From NCBI GenBank assembly GCA_001871445.1, contig MNVD01000014.1, forward strand, positions 28,776-92,775: DNA of 64,000 nucleotides, in the 5' to 3' direction. This stretch comes from Candidatus Magasanikbacteria bacterium CG1_02_41_34. GTDB taxonomy: Bacteria > Patescibacteriota > Patescibacteriia > Magasanikbacterales > UBA922. Within the stretch, counting starts at the first letter, position 1. Every line of letters begins with the position of its first letter. Below, piece by piece: positions 28,588-42,400 of the stretch. The notes under the pieces are model-generated. The model was given only the letters and a program-made list of their open reading frames with translations. It searched no databases and was not told the origin of the DNA. A program made the translations under genes and the position numbers.

Positions 28588-31500
28588 AAAAATTAGGAGG
28601 GGAAACACTGTTATTCATTTTAGCTTTTTATCTCTTGCCTTGTATTGCTATTGCGGCAACGATTGGATTTCAGCTGCCTATTAAAGAAAATTTTACGACA
28701 AGTCTCACGCTAGGGGAATCATGGAAAAATGGTGCTTGGCTGTTTGGTCATATGGGAGATGACTTGGTAGTGGGTGCGGGAACAAATGTGTATGCAGTCG
28801 CAGATGGAAAAGTTGTGTACGTCAAAAAATGGCCTCTGTGTGATGTGTATAAGGATGTCAGTGGAGTCAAAACATTGATTGAAAGTGATCATGGTTGGGG
28901 AGGAGTTGTTATTATTGAACACAGGTTACCTTCATCAGAAAGTTTTATTGTACAAGATTCGTACATTACATCTGATGGCATCGATATAGCTCCTCGAGCT
29001 GTATACACCCAGTATGGACACCTTGGAAATATTCTTGTTGAAGAAGGACAAGAGATCTCTTTCAATCAGAAAATTGCTGAGGTTGGAGATATGTGCAAAT
29101 GGAGACCTCATCTCCATTTTGAAGTAAAAAGTGTGCAAGGGTACAATACTGATCTTTCGTCATCATCAGGAGCAGGTTTTGGGTATTCCGGTACAGATGC
29201 GTACGCTCCTTATAGATACATACCATCAAAATTTGTAGAACTCAACAAGGCAGGAATTGTAGAAGAGGCTACCCAGTTTCCAGCCCAGCAAAATTCAAAC
29301 ACGATTTCCAACCCCAATACATCACCATCCTTTTGGCAAAAAATAAAACTCTTTTTTTCAGACGTATTCTCTCATAGCGGCAAAGCGGATACTCAATCCG
29401 AACAAAACATTGAGCCCATAGAAATTGCAGAGAAGACGCCGGAAATGACACAAGAGAAAAAAGAAACACCAACATCGGCGCAGACGAACGCCACTTTTCT
29501 TCCTGCATATATAACAATCACTGCTCTGCCCGGGCAAACGGATGCCGAGCTTATCATTTTTGCAAAAAATACCGGCAATACCACATGGCTGCGAGATAAT
29601 ACATCACTCAATGTTGTCGGGGGTTCACAGGCAAATATTCAATTTCATCACTCACAATGGGTCACTCAGCTGCGACCCACACTCATGAAAGAAGCAACCG
29701 TCCTTCCGGGTGATGTCGGCTCATTTGCATTCCGCGCATCATTGCCGGAGGATATCTCACAGATATTTCATCTTCAGCTCGTACAACAACAGGGGAGTAG
29801 CTTTACCCAAATAGGATCACAATTCGTACAGGTTGCTTTTGCTGTGAAAGAAAAAGAGGAAAAAACAGACATCACCGAACAGACGAATCCGCAGGATGAG
29901 AACACATTTTTTGAAAAGCTCAATACCATACAAGACGTCCTTGGTGAAAAGATTTCAGAGGTTTTTCAAGACATTGCAAAGATTATACCGAACACCTTTT
30001 TTGGTGGAGGGTCAGGTACCCAAGATACACAGCAAGAAGAACAAGCCGAGACAGATGAAGAGCCTGAAGAAGATACTGAACATCCTGAAATCACAATCAC
30101 CTCGCCGACCACAACAATGCTATATACAACCGTACCGACAACGACTCTTCATGGAACATCAAACGAAGATGTGGCACTCATCACCGTAAACGGCACTTCA
30201 ACACAGGATCTTGTACTCGATATTGTGAATGGTGTGTGGAAATTTTCGCCAACACTTCAGGAATACACGACGAGTACGTTTACGTTCATCGGGTGGAATG
30301 CCGAGAGCACCGTGAGCAGCACCTCACATTCTGTTTCGTATTATTACGAACGACCGGCGCCGCCTGCGCCGGAGATCAGTATCACATCACCGACATCGAG
30401 TGTGATATACGTGACCAGCATGCCGGTGACAATTGCCGGAGTGTTTAGCGACCAGACATCGTACCTTACGATAAACGGCGTGACCTCCTCAGTGTTTGTC
30501 TACGATGCGACAAGGAGTGAATGGTCTATTGAACTCAGTGATATCCCCGCGCATACAACGACCACCTACGAATTTGTCGGATGGAGTGCCGAAAGCACAA
30601 CAAGCAGCTCACCGGTCAGCATCGATGTCTTGTATGAACCTCAGATTGTTCCTCTTGCCAAAGCACCAACGATTTTGACTCCAACAGCAAGTGGTGAATA
30701 TACGACACATGCCATTTCAGTTCAGATTGGTGGAACAGCACCTACAGGAACAGTTTCTGTTGCGCTCGTTGCCGCAGGCGTCACGACGACTGTTTCTGTC
30801 GAACACAATGCATGGATGACCTCTATTCATCTGCCTGGCACCGGCGTCTATGACGTCGTCGCCTATGGAGTGAGTGTTGCGGCGAACATATCAGCAAGCA
30901 TTTCATTAGTGGTACATGTGGAACGGTATACCGAAGCGGAATATATCTCTTTGAGTGAAATAGCATGGATGGGGACAAAAGCCGCTGCGGACGATGAATG
31001 GTTTGAGGTCATGATTATCCCTCCTGAAGAAGGAGGCGTTCCATCTCTTTTTGAGGATGATGAGTTTTCACCCGACAGCTCAGAACTGTTTCGGGTGGTA
31101 TGGGGCACATACGATAGCGAGACAGGTCTGTACGATCATACTGTATCTTTTCATGAAGAAGATTTTGCTTTGATTCAAGGACCCGGCGCTCCGATAGATA
31201 TTGGTCAGGGTAATCGTTCGCTACAACCATCGCCAATACAGATCGTGTTCGAACGAACATCATCAAGCACGCTGAGGAATGCTTCGGGAATTGTGTATAC
31301 CGGTTTGCTAAAAAACACCGGCGAGCGTATGCTTGTCCTTCTGGGAGGAACAATTATTGTGGATGATGTTGATGCGCGAAATGCATGGTTTGAGAAAGGC
31401 GACAATACAACAAAACAGGCTATGCACAGAATTGATCCTACCCTGTCAGGGTCTGATCCCGGCAACTGGTGTACGTTTGATGAGTGCTCGGAAAACACAC

Positions 31501-31598
31501 AGTATCTCGGAGAAGCCCAGGCATTGGATGCCGGCGGGAACCTAGTTCACGGATCTCCTTATAGCCCGAACATAGACATCAGCGGTCCCTATTGGTAG
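28584..31598 (+). CDS. Secreted multidomain M23 peptidase (M23 + Ig-like repeats + lamin-tail-like domain)
   Basis: Signal peptide; HMGDD, YGHL, PHLHFE; three (P)EI.ITSP repeats; LSEIAWMGT..DEWFE and L.NTGE lamin-tail-like motifs. Confidence 0.82.
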   Translation: MKKLGGETLLFILAFYLLPCIAIAATIGFQLPIKENFTTSLTLGESWKNGAWLFGHMGDDLVVGAGTNVYAVADGKVVYVKKWPLCDVYKDVSGVKTLIESDHGWGGVVIIEHRLPSSESFIVQDSYITSDGIDIAPRAVYTQYGHLGNILVEEGQEISFNQKIAEVGDMCKWRPHLHFEVKSVQGYNTDLSSSSGAGFGYSGTDAYAPYRYIPSKFVELNKAGIVEEATQFPAQQNSNTISNPNTSPSFWQKIKLFFSDVFSHSGKADTQSEQNIEPIEIAEKTPEMTQEKKETPTSAQTNATFLPAYITITALPGQTDAELIIFAKNTGNTTWLRDNTSLNVVGGSQANIQFHHSQWVTQLRPTLMKEATVLPGDVGSFAFRASLPEDISQIFHLQLVQQQGSSFTQIGSQFVQVAFAVKEKEEKTDITEQTNPQDENTFFEKLNTIQDVLGEKISEVFQDIAKIIPNTFFGGGSGTQDTQQEEQAETDEEPEEDTEHPEITITSPTTTMLYTTVPTTTLHGTSNEDVALITVNGTSTQDLVLDIVNGVWKFSPTLQEYTTSTFTFIGWNAESTVSSTSHSVSYYYERPAPPAPEISITSPTSSVIYVTSMPVTIAGVFSDQTSYLTINGVTSSVFVYDATRSEWSIELSDIPAHTTTTYEFVGWSAESTTSSSPVSIDVLYEPQIVPLAKAPTILTPTASGEYTTHAISVQIGGTAPTGTVSVALVAAGVTTTVSVEHNAWMTSIHLPGTGVYDVVAYGVSVAANISASISLVVHVERYTEAEYISLSEIAWMGTKAAADDEWFEVMIIPPEEGGVPSLFEDDEFSPDSSELFRVVWGTYDSETGLYDHTVSFHEEDFALIQGPGAPIDIGQGNRSLQPSPIQIVFERTSSSTLRNASGIVYTGLLKNTGERMLVLLGGTIIVDDVDARNAWFEKGDNTTKQAMHRIDPTLSGSDPGNWCTFDECSENTQYLGEAQALDAGGNLVHGSPYSPNIDISGPYW

Positions 31599-31608
31599 AA
31601 TAACGCAC

Positions 31609-32442
31609 ATGTTTCCTTCCCTTTCTCCCTCACAACTAAAATCTCTTTGCGAGACCTATCACCTTACACCTTCAAAAAAATACGGTCAGAATTATCTTAT
31701 CTCAGAATCACCAATCAATAAGATGATTGAAGCAGGGGAGTTGACTCCTGACGATACAATTGTTGAGATTGGGCCTGGTTTTGGGGTGCTCACCCTTGCG
31801 ATGGCACCACATGTAAAGAAGGTGGTGGCGTTTGAAATAGAAAAGAAATTGGAAACGTATTGGGAAGAAAAACAAAGAGCATATAAGAATATTCACGTTG
31901 TATGGGGAAATGCGCTGAAAGAAATTGGTAATAAGAAATTGGAAATTGGGCGTGTATACAAAGTACTTGCCAATCTTCCATATCAAATTACTTCTCACGT
32001 TATTCGTACACTCCTTGAGCTAGAGCAAAAACCTGAAAGAATTGTCATTATGGTACAAAAAGAAGTGGCTGAACGTATTTGTGCAAAAGCAGGGGATATG
32101 AGTGTATTAGCCGTATCGATTCAGTATTATGGTACGCCAAAGATTGTGACAAAAGTAACCAAAGGGAATTTTTGGCCATCACCAAAAGTTGATTCAGCAG
32201 TTGTTGCTATTACGAATATACAAGAAAGAAACGATGCTGAAACATTTTTTAGGTATGTTCGAGCAGGATTTCAAAATAAAAGAAAGCAACTGTGGAGAAA
32301 TCTTTCTCAAACATTGCATCTTGACCCTGATACGGTAAAGCGGACATTGCAGGACGTTGTAGGGGACGAGAAGGTTCGAGCGGAGGGTCTTTCCATAGAA
32401 CATTGGATACTTGTTATAGACAAATTGGAAGGAAAAACATAA
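31609..32442 (+). CDS. rsmA: 16S rRNA dimethyladenosine transferase
   Basis: KKYGQNYL, EIGPGFG, ANLPYQIT, MVQKEVAERI, PSPKVDSAV. Confidence 0.96.
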   Translation: MFPSLSPSQLKSLCETYHLTPSKKYGQNYLISESPINKMIEAGELTPDDTIVEIGPGFGVLTLAMAPHVKKVVAFEIEKKLETYWEEKQRAYKNIHVVWGNALKEIGNKKLEIGRVYKVLANLPYQITSHVIRTLLELEQKPERIVIMVQKEVAERICAKAGDMSVLAVSIQYYGTPKIVTKVTKGNFWPSPKVDSAVVAITNIQERNDAETFFRYVRAGFQNKRKQLWRNLSQTLHLDPDTVKRTLQDVVGDEKVRAEGLSIEHWILVIDKLEGKT

Positions 32443-32613
32443 AAAAGGAGACTGACGAGTGTTTGCTCGCTATTTCAGAATGAATGATTTGGACATTTTC
32501 AACAAGCGGATGAATACCATTCTTTTCTTTACTGTTAGATTTATCCCCGAACACGAACAGTACCGCTGTTCGTGTTTTTGTTTTTTTGGTATACTGAGAA
32601 CATTGAATTGATT

Positions 32614-33459
32614 ATGGCAGAATCGCCAAATCCAAAACGAATAACTATTGGACAAAAGGTTGGTGTGACCTTTATGTTTTTGTTTGCATTTTTGGCACTT
32701 GGCATGGGGGTATTGCAACTCCGTACAACAGTCTATGGACCTTTTGTGAGTCAGACTCGTTCAAAAGTCAGTGCGGCTGAACAAGCGCAATTGCAATTTG
32801 ATGAATCTCTCAAACTTCAGCGTATTGATACTGACAAAGATGGCTTGAATGATTTTGAAGAATTAAATTTTTATCAGACCAGTGCATATTTGCCAGATAC
32901 GGATTCAGATGGTATCAGTGATAAAAAAGAAATCAACGATGGAACAGATCCTCTTTGCCCAGAAGGAAAAGATTGTGGGCTCGGTGCTGATGGGACAAGT
33001 ACAGAAACAGTAGATGGTGCGACATTGGAAAACCCAATTTTTGATAAAGCATTTCAGACAAGTGGTAATATGTTGGGAGCGGGACAAACAGGGGAGGCGC
33101 CTAGTATATTGGATTTGAATGCATTACTCGGAGATCCAACGCAACTACGCGCTGCGCTTCTTGCCTCTGGTCAACTGAGTGCAGAAGAACTCGCACAGTT
33201 CAATGATGCTCAACTCATTGATCTTGCACAGAATGCACTCAAGTCTCAATCTGTCTCTACACAACAAACGCAAGCACCTGTTGCTGTCTCTACACAAACA
33301 GATGTGACAGTAGAACAACTGCAAGCATTGCTTGAAAAGCCAGATGAATTGCGTCAGCTTCTTATTACAACAGAAAAAATGACTAAAGAACAACTTGATC
33401 AAATAGATGATGCAACACTCATCTCGGTCACGAAGGACATTATTGCAAAAAATCGCTAG
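32614..33459 (+). CDS. Membrane-anchored protein with Ca-binding thrombospondin-3-like DxDxDG repeats
   Basis: DTDKDGLNDFEE, DTDSDGISDKKE..GTDP; duplicated C-terminal helical unit (LL..P..LR..L......EQL.Q.DDA.LI). Confidence 0.8.
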   Translation: MAESPNPKRITIGQKVGVTFMFLFAFLALGMGVLQLRTTVYGPFVSQTRSKVSAAEQAQLQFDESLKLQRIDTDKDGLNDFEELNFYQTSAYLPDTDSDGISDKKEINDGTDPLCPEGKDCGLGADGTSTETVDGATLENPIFDKAFQTSGNMLGAGQTGEAPSILDLNALLGDPTQLRAALLASGQLSAEELAQFNDAQLIDLAQNALKSQSVSTQQTQAPVAVSTQTDVTVEQLQALLEKPDELRQLLITTEKMTKEQLDQIDDATLISVTKDIIAKNR

Positions 33460-33463
33460 ATCT

Positions 33464-36400
33464 ATGAATCGACAGAGAAGCATAAAAAAAATAAAAAAAG
33501 CACAGGCATATATATTTGTAAGTCTGTTTCTTTCATTTCAATTGAGTTTTTTTGTCATGAGCGCTACACAAGTGCAAGCAGCCTATGTAGATCCTGGCAT
33601 TATTAATATTGATCTCCCACGTAAGGTATCTGAAATACAGGAGAGTGTCTCTAAGTCACTCTTGTCGGGTGTCCTTGGCTCTCTTGTCAATATGGCATCA
33701 TACTTTATGAGGACGCTTGCCTATGATACTGCAAGTTATGTCGCATCTGGTGGAAAAGGACAAGGATCATTAATTTTTGAAAAACCATTTGGAGAATATA
33801 TCGCGGGTGTTGCGGCTAATTCTGTTGGAGAAGCTATTGATTCTTTGGGAAAAGGATTTGGTGTTAATCTTTGTGCGCCACCTGATTTGAGGTTGCAGGC
33901 GCAATTGAAAGTTGGACTCGATAGAATTTACAATCCTGTCACGGCTGCGGGAAAGAGTCTTGGTAATACGTCAGGCACGAGTGCCTCAGGACCACAATCA
34001 AGTTGTTCATGGCAAAAACTCAAAGAGAACTGGAGTGATGGTATCGACGTGGGGGTGGATATCAATGTCGCTGCAGACTTTGCATCTGAAGTAAATGTGA
34101 CTGAAACAGATTTTGGATATGCATTAAGTGCATTTCAACAACTGGATAGTCTCAAAGCAACACAAGAAAAAGCGGCTGAGCTTGAATCACTTGTGGGAAA
34201 TGGATTTAAGAGTGTTACTGATTTGGTGAGTGGGCATGTCAATACGCCGGCACAACAAATTCAAGACGAAACAAAAGCGCTCACGGCAAAGCATCAAGGA
34301 GAGTTGAGTTCACAGCAGATTGCGGGAATATATTCATCTGGTCTGTGGCAAGTTATCCCAACTGCAGCGTCAGTGTTTCTCAATACGCTCACATCACAAC
34401 TGCTCAATCGATTGTTTACTGGTGGGCTGGTACCATCAGAAAAAGAACGTGGGCAGGGAGTGGCAGATTTTTATGCTATCAATTCTGTTATCAGTCAACG
34501 ACAAGTTGCTCAGCGAGCTTTTAGTTTTCTCACTGCAAAAACAGGAGTCAAAGATCCGTCAGAATATGATATCCTCGCTGAATTTAGTGTCTGCCCAAGT
34601 AGCCCTGGCCTCAATAACTGTATCATGAATAATGACATGAAGACCGCTATTGACAGGGCATTGATCGGAAAGCCACTTACACTGTATGATGCAGTCTTTA
34701 AAGAAGGATTCATTTCTCCGAATACACCACTTATTTCTCCACGTAGAACAGCTGATAATGAATCTCTCGATTGTTATAAAGAGAATTTGTGTTATTCCAA
34801 CATTCAAAAAATGAGGAAAGCGCGTATCATGCCACTTGGTATGGAAATAGCTGCTCTGCGATCGGATCCAGATAACCCATGGACTATAGGAGAAGTACTC
34901 CAAGGATTTGAAAAATGTCCAACACTAAATGTGGATGGTTCAATAACGTCAGACATCACAAATTTCCCATTCTGTCATTTAGTTAATCCAAATTGGATTC
35001 TTCGTGCACCAGATGTTCGATGTGAAAATAGGGTTTATTCACCAGAATTATTAGTCCCTGAGTCCCCACGTCGACATGAAGATTGTGTTGATATTTCGAC
35101 ATGTCTTACTGAAGATGAAAATGGAAATTGTGTGGGTGATAAGTATTATGGATTCTGTACTCAAGAAAAAAATGTGTGGTTTTTTCCTGGTGATACCTGT
35201 GAACCAGCGTTTGCATCATGCAAAGCGTATACCAATCAGGAGACCAGAACGATAGTATCATATTTGTCACGTACACTTGAGTATGGTAGTTGTAATGAAA
35301 ACGCTGTTGGGTGTCTTCCATATGTGACAGAAAAGAAAGCTGGAACAGAGGAATGGAAAGGCACAAAAGATAGCATTGTCGGCGACAAGCTGTCTGGTGC
35401 TATGCAGGTATTGTATCTCAATGATCGTATCACCAATAGAGAGAATACATGTCCTGACACAGCTGATGGCTGTACCAAATTTGTTGGTGCTGAGCGAAAC
35501 AGTATGACCGGGGCATATATTCAAGATCCTGCCAAAGCGTATATTCAGGACACGACACGTCTTAGAAGTCTCAAAAAAGCACCAAATTATCTTGGGTGCT
35601 ACGATACAACGTTTACTGAAAATAGCCCAGAAGTCAATTTTCCAACAACACCACTTGAAATTGCTGTACTGACAGATGATCCACGTTGTGATGCCTACGC
35701 ATCTGTCTGTTTACCAGAAGAAGTGGGTTGTGAAGCTTATACCCCAGCAGGGGGCGGAGAAGCTGTCCCTGGTGTCGTCGGAGATAACTTTTGTCCAGCT
35801 GCTTGTGTTGGATACGATACCTTCCGTCAAGAAAAAACCAATTTTGAATCAAGTGAATATCCACTATACTTTATTCCAGCCAATGGCACAGAGTGTAGTG
35901 CACAACACGTTGGGTGTGACGAATTTACCAATATTGATGATGTTTCTCAAGGTGGGGAACAACTAGAGTACTATAGCTATATAAAGCAGTGTGAAGAACC
36001 TACTGGAGATAATAGAAGTGTTTATTATTCATGGGAAGGTTCTGAATCCACAGGATTTGTGTTGAGGGTTCACACGCTTGCAAAAGTCGGATCAGATTAC
36101 GAATTTATTCCATCAAGTCTTCAAGCAGATTTTCCACCTGAGTCTCCTGCCTATGCCGATGATTCTTCTGCAAATCTTTTAGAAAATGATGGACTATGTA
36201 ATGAAACGCTGTATACAAATGTTCTTAGTGGAGTTCCGGATGCACCACGTGCTTTTGCAGACTGTCGAGCACTCTATGATGCAAAAGGGGTGGCATATTA
36301 TCGACTGCTCGCTGAGACAGTGACGGTTTCTTCGGCATGTCATCCTATTCGTAAGACGGCGTCACGACTCGTTGTTAGTGATGATATTACGTCTGCAAAT

Positions 36401-39400
36401 ACCTGTTTACGAAAAAATGGATACTGGGACGGTAGCTCTTGTCAGGTGTGTTTTGGCGGGGGCAATTGGGTTGCGCAAGATGGCAATGCCACACAAGGAT
36501 CGTGTGTCTATTATGCGATTGATGCACCAGGAGAATCTGTCTCATGTCCTGCGTCGGCAAATGAATGTCGAGCCTATACCGGAAATGCTGGTAACAATGT
36601 CCGCCCAGTATTTGAAAGCGGGACGGATACGTTCGAACCTCTTGGTGATGATGCTGACTCACTGAGTCAAGCAAAATCTGCGTGGTCACCTGCTGATCAA
36701 GTGAGTATTGCGGCAGAGGCTCTCCAAGTAACATTCAATTCGCTCAGAGTCAATGGTGGTGCTGCTGCAAATAGCATTTCACGATCATTGCCGGCTGGAG
36801 CTTTCGAATCAAATACGGCGTACCAGCTGACATTTTGGGCACGGGGGACAGCGCAGACACTTAGTATTTCCTTGCAACAAGGTGATGATACCCGGTCGTT
36901 GACGACGGATCCTGTTACCAATACAAATCTTCCTATTTCTATTTCACAGACATGGCGAGCATATACGGTTGGCCCTGTGATATTTACCGGTGATGCCACA
37001 GCACCACTTGATCTTGTATTTCAGCGAGCAGGTGCATCAAACGGTATCTATTTCTTGGACAATGTTTCACTCTTGCGTACGGATGAAAATACCAATCGTA
37101 TCAAAAATTCATGGAAGACTGTCGAAGGATACGACGCACCAGCAGAATGTTTTGCTGATTCGCAAAATCCTCGTGGACCATTTCCTGGTGCAGCACTTGG
37201 CTGCCAAGAATACACGACCAGTCTTGGACAAACAGTATATGCAACAGGATTTGAACGACTCTGTAGAGAAAAAGCCGTAGGCTGTGCCCCATTGTGGGAC
37301 ACATTTAATTCTGATTCAACAGAAGCAGAGGTGTATAATGCGAGGTGTATCAGCGGTACATTGACACAAACACGGTATTCTCGAAATCCCGTTACTGCGG
37401 CAACAACATGTACGATCACGGTAGAAAGTTCAGAGTATACATGTTCTATTGCAGCAGGAGAGAGTTCCTGTGTGATTCCTGGGCCGATTCGTCTTTCATC
37501 GGATGAATTGATCACACCATTGAGTGCTCCTGGAACGGGTATACTAGTAATCAAAGAGGGTTCTGCTTCAGCATTGCATTTTGACAATCCTAGTTTCTTT
37601 GCTATTGTCGACAAATCAAGTGTCTATATTCCTGCAGACACGCCATTTGAATCTCCTGTATTTTTGACTGATACACCAGAATATATTTGTGCAGACAAAT
37701 ATCTTGGTTGTCGGGTGACAGGTCTCGAGGAACAGCATACGCCAGATAATGCAAGTGCGGTATCATATTCGTATACAGATCAGGGTGTGATCAATCTTCC
37801 TTCCACATATCTGGGTGATCAAGGGATTCTCTGTGTTCAAGATCAAGTTGCTTGTAGCGCTTTTACCACAAGTGATGGATCCACCAGTTATTTCAAGGAT
37901 CCTGCCGTCAATGCAAATAAACTGTGCGTGTATCAAGCTCCTCAAACAAATAATGTTGATGCACCTGAGGGATGGTTCCTCAAGTCTGTCGGGCATTGTA
38001 GTCAGGATGATGCTATTCTTTGTGATAGCAATGCTGCGTGTGGTGAAGGGAACACGTGTGTCGAGATTGGCGAATCAGAACCATGTTATCCAACATATCA
38101 GACAAATTTGGAAAGCTATGGTCTCTGGTCAAATGGATCGCAACAATATAGTGGTTATGTAGGGGAGTGTCCAGCGACACAAAATTTATGTACTGAGCTT
38201 GTTGATCCGTATGATGTAGATACGTCTGGCAAAAATCCTGATGGAAAACCATATTATGTTATCTATGATGATCAGGTAACTAAAAATGCGGATGAATGCG
38301 GCGGACAAGCAAGTCTCCGTGAAGGATGTGCTCTTTTTGATAATACCGAGGTTCCAACAAAATCATACGATACGGATGCTACATATGGATCCAGTGAGCA
38401 AAGAGCAGCAAAAGGCGACATTAATACACTCGTTGCGACAGTTTCGACAGACAAAAATGATGCGAATGTGCTTTTGAAAGTACAGCGAAATCGAGAGTGT
38501 AGTGAATGGCTTGCGTGTGAATCATATGAGCCGATTCAGACAGGAGATGGAAAACAAATATTTGCTTGTGAATCATTTGCTCGATGTATAGCCTTCGATG
38601 GTGTTGGGTGTTCGTCATGGGCAACAGACAATGGATCAACCAAACCATCAAATACATTTTTAAACCTAGACGTATATATCAGTCGTGATACGAGTTGGAA
38701 TGGTGCTGAATATACAGGATATTCACTGTACAACCGATTTGGATTGGGTGATCTCAAAATTATTAAGTTTTCTCAGAGTGAGCGTTTTTCGAATGCTGGT
38801 GTTGATGCCGATAATGGGTACCTCGGGTATGTTCTTTCTGATACCTATCTTACTGATAATCAAGGAGATACCTGCTTGAATGCGACCGTGGGAGATGTAT
38901 GTGGTATCAATGGGGAAGGACGTTGTATCAATACACAATGTGTTGTCCCCGCAGATGGTGCTTTTGATGCCAAGGATACGACTCTTTCTAATATTGCGAC
39001 AGCACTTGGTGTTGCCGAGTGTAAAGTCCCACCAGAACAAGATAGTCCATTTTCTTTTGATGTTATTCCACTCATTGAAAATAGAGATAAACATGGTTTT
39101 GCAAATAATAATGTTACTACAGATCTTGTACGATATACCTTTTCACACCGTCCTGCTGAGGTAAATGTTTGTCAAAGTGGTGATTGCACATGTAATTATG
39201 TGGCGGTTTCTTATGGTTCCTTAGTAAAAGATTATTGGGCATCAGACACGTATCACAAAAAGAGTAGTGATATTAGTCTGTGGGGTATTTGTACTGGTGC
39301 ATCTGAAACGGAAGGAGATTATTGTCGAGAAGATAATGACTGTAGTTTTGGGACATGTCAGAAAATAGATCGTATCGAGACACAAATAGGTTCGACAGGT

Positions 39401-42400
39401 CATTGTTTGGAATACGATTTTTCGAGGAAGATCTTTTCACCGAGTAGTGAACCACGGTATGCGTGTCTCACTTGGTACCCGTCTGATAAAAGCTTCGGGA
39501 ATGTAGACACCCGAAATCTTTTTTCTGCAGCAGGGTATGATCCTGCCATTGATGCATCAACCAGTAGTGGAGATACCGGAGGACAAGTGTATTGTACAAA
39601 CAGTTTTGGAAGAAGTGCCGGTGCATATGAAGGAGATGGTAATCTCTTGATACATCAGTTGTATGGAGGAGGATCAATGAAGAACGCTCCTGGATTACCA
39701 ATCGCTGCCTATGCGTATGATAGTCAGTCTTGTGCTCCTTTGACTATAGGACCAAATTCTGATAATCCATTTTTTAAGCAAAAAGCAGACGGAAGTATAT
39801 ATCTTCCAGAGTCATGGAGTCAGGTTGTCGGCTGTTCAATAGACTGGTTTTCAAAAATAAATACCAACCCTTTTGCGGGTTATGTCTGTGGGGCTCTGTA
39901 TGCTCATTCCTATAGTCGATCAGGAAATATCGATCCAAGTTGTGGATTAACAACCATACCTGAATATACACGAAAAGACTCTCTCAATTTCCTCTACAAT
40001 CTTATGTCCGGATTCGGATGGGAATTTATAGATAAAAATGCTGTGGTATTGCGCGTTGAAGGAGATACTTCTAGTGAATATTCTACCACGGGTGGACACC
40101 ACTTCGGTTATTGGGGTAAAGAAGATACATATCTTGTCAATGCTTTGGTCCCCAGTATGTCGATAATCGCTCAGATGAGGGATACACAGACACTCATGCA
40201 TCCACCGAGATTTGAGCTTACTGATGGTACATTTTCTTTTGACAACGCTGTACCAGTTGGAACTGGGGGAAATTTTATAGGGGTAAAAACAGATACGTTA
40301 TGTTTGCGTGCTGGGGGCTGTCCTTTTTACGAAGATTGGCCGACGCTTGCAACAGAAACTGAGGGATATCTTAATATACAGGCATTGAATTCTGTATACT
40401 TCATACCGTTACGCTCAACAGCTCCGTACAGTTCCCCTGTCATCTTCCAACCTGCAATTCTAAGTAAAGATCTAAAAATTGATTTTAGGGGACAACTTGG
40501 CACGAAACCAGAAGTATCAATATTATCGGCCCCTGATATGGTGGGTATTCCGGTTGGCCCAGATGCCACAACCAAAAGTACAAAAACGGCTGTAACGTCG
40601 TATAAATTGGAAAGAGATACTGCAAGTAATATTCCGTGCGATGGATTAGTTTCTTTTTGTTCCTATAGTGGGGGTTCTGATCTTGGTCAGGGAGAAAAAT
40701 ATACCTATACACCATCTAACACAGCAAATACTGATGATGCAGTAGCCTTTATTCAGTCAAAAAGAAATGAAGTTGCGACACGGTATGTTGTAGTATACTA
40801 TCCTCAGGAGCAGAATCTTTTACCATCATTTGTCAAAAATTCACCCAGTGAAAAGTTTACGAAACCTACATCTATAGAAACAGACCCATTTTCCGCCCAA
40901 TGTGTCTTCGCGGTAGGGAGTACTGTAAAAACAGATTATTTCGCTATAGGAATGGACTTTAATAAAGATGGAGAATTTCTAGGATATATCTCACGTAATT
41001 GTGGATATTATGGTATGCAAATGGCTGTCATCGCAACAATGAAGGATCAGTGTAGTGAATTTGTTAGTGTGTACAGAAATGTTGATCCGACCACTGAAAG
41101 CAACAAAGCCTGGACAAACCGGGTATGGAAAGGAACACAATATACACTCAAGGCAAGTTACACTGCACAGGTGTCGCAAGATGCGCAACATCCTCCATTT
41201 GGATCGTCACCATTTACAGAACAAGATATTACCACTGATGGCGCTGATTATAGAGCACAGGCGGCACTGTTAGCCTCTGTATTTACGAATTCAAAATTTG
41301 GTTATCCGTTCTTCTGTTACCCAGGCAACATAGCCAGTAGAAGTGTATTTGGTGATACCTCTCGCTGCGCATCACTAGTAGATGATGGATTTGATGCCAA
41401 TACTGTAGAAGCGTTCAGTGTGTTTAGCAATAAGGTGATGGGGGGGGGGTATTTCGACGGACCGTTTATTCATCCTTTCAATGGAGAAGAACTTCTATCT
41501 AGATTGTTTGCAAAATATTATGTAAAGAATGTATTCCCATTTGATACTGCTGTATCACTTGATTCACAGCATGGAGATTTGTATTATACGGATCCAGATA
41601 TGATTGAAGGAGCACATCTACAATATCCTCAGATATATTCGTTGAATCCTATCACTTGTTTCCCAAGAGAAAGCGCGATAAATTGTTCTGTTGCAAAAGA
41701 AAATGCGTTTTCTATCGGCGAAGCAGACAACGAGCAATATATTGGGAAAGGTACATATTCGGCAAAAGCACGGTTTTTCGCTTTTGCCGATGACAATCGT
41801 ATGCCTATTCGGCGTGTCATGATTGATTGGGATGATGGGGATACCACCAATAAAGGTGTGTTTGGAATGTATAAAAATAAAAAACCATATTGTGAGCCGA
41901 GCGACACACCTCCTACAGAGACATCTCTTGGATATTGTCGCAACCAAGCAACACGGGAATTTACACTTGTGACATGTCAGCAAGATTTGGACTGTCCAAC
42001 AGATGGAGAATATCATTGTTTACATACGTGGAGCAATACTCCTGAAGATGTCCAATATGGTATAGATGAACAAGTAGGTGGTGCAGAGTTTGTAGCGCCA
42101 CGGTTTGGAAATATGCCACGTGCATGTGATGCAAAACCATTTGAATATTATCATGCCTATGGTTGTGACAATCCTACACAAACAATATCCATGGTTCGTG
42201 ATCAACTGACAGATATAACCTACAACAAACTTATTGAAAGTGGATTGAATGATGGTAGTAAGATTTGTGTCTACCAACCGAAAGTGCAGGTACTTGACAA
42301 CTGGGGGTATTGTAATGGTAGTTGTAATGGAGCAGGGAATACTGGGTGTTATAATGATGATGGAATAGGTGGTATATTAGAATGTGATGCACCTGATTAT

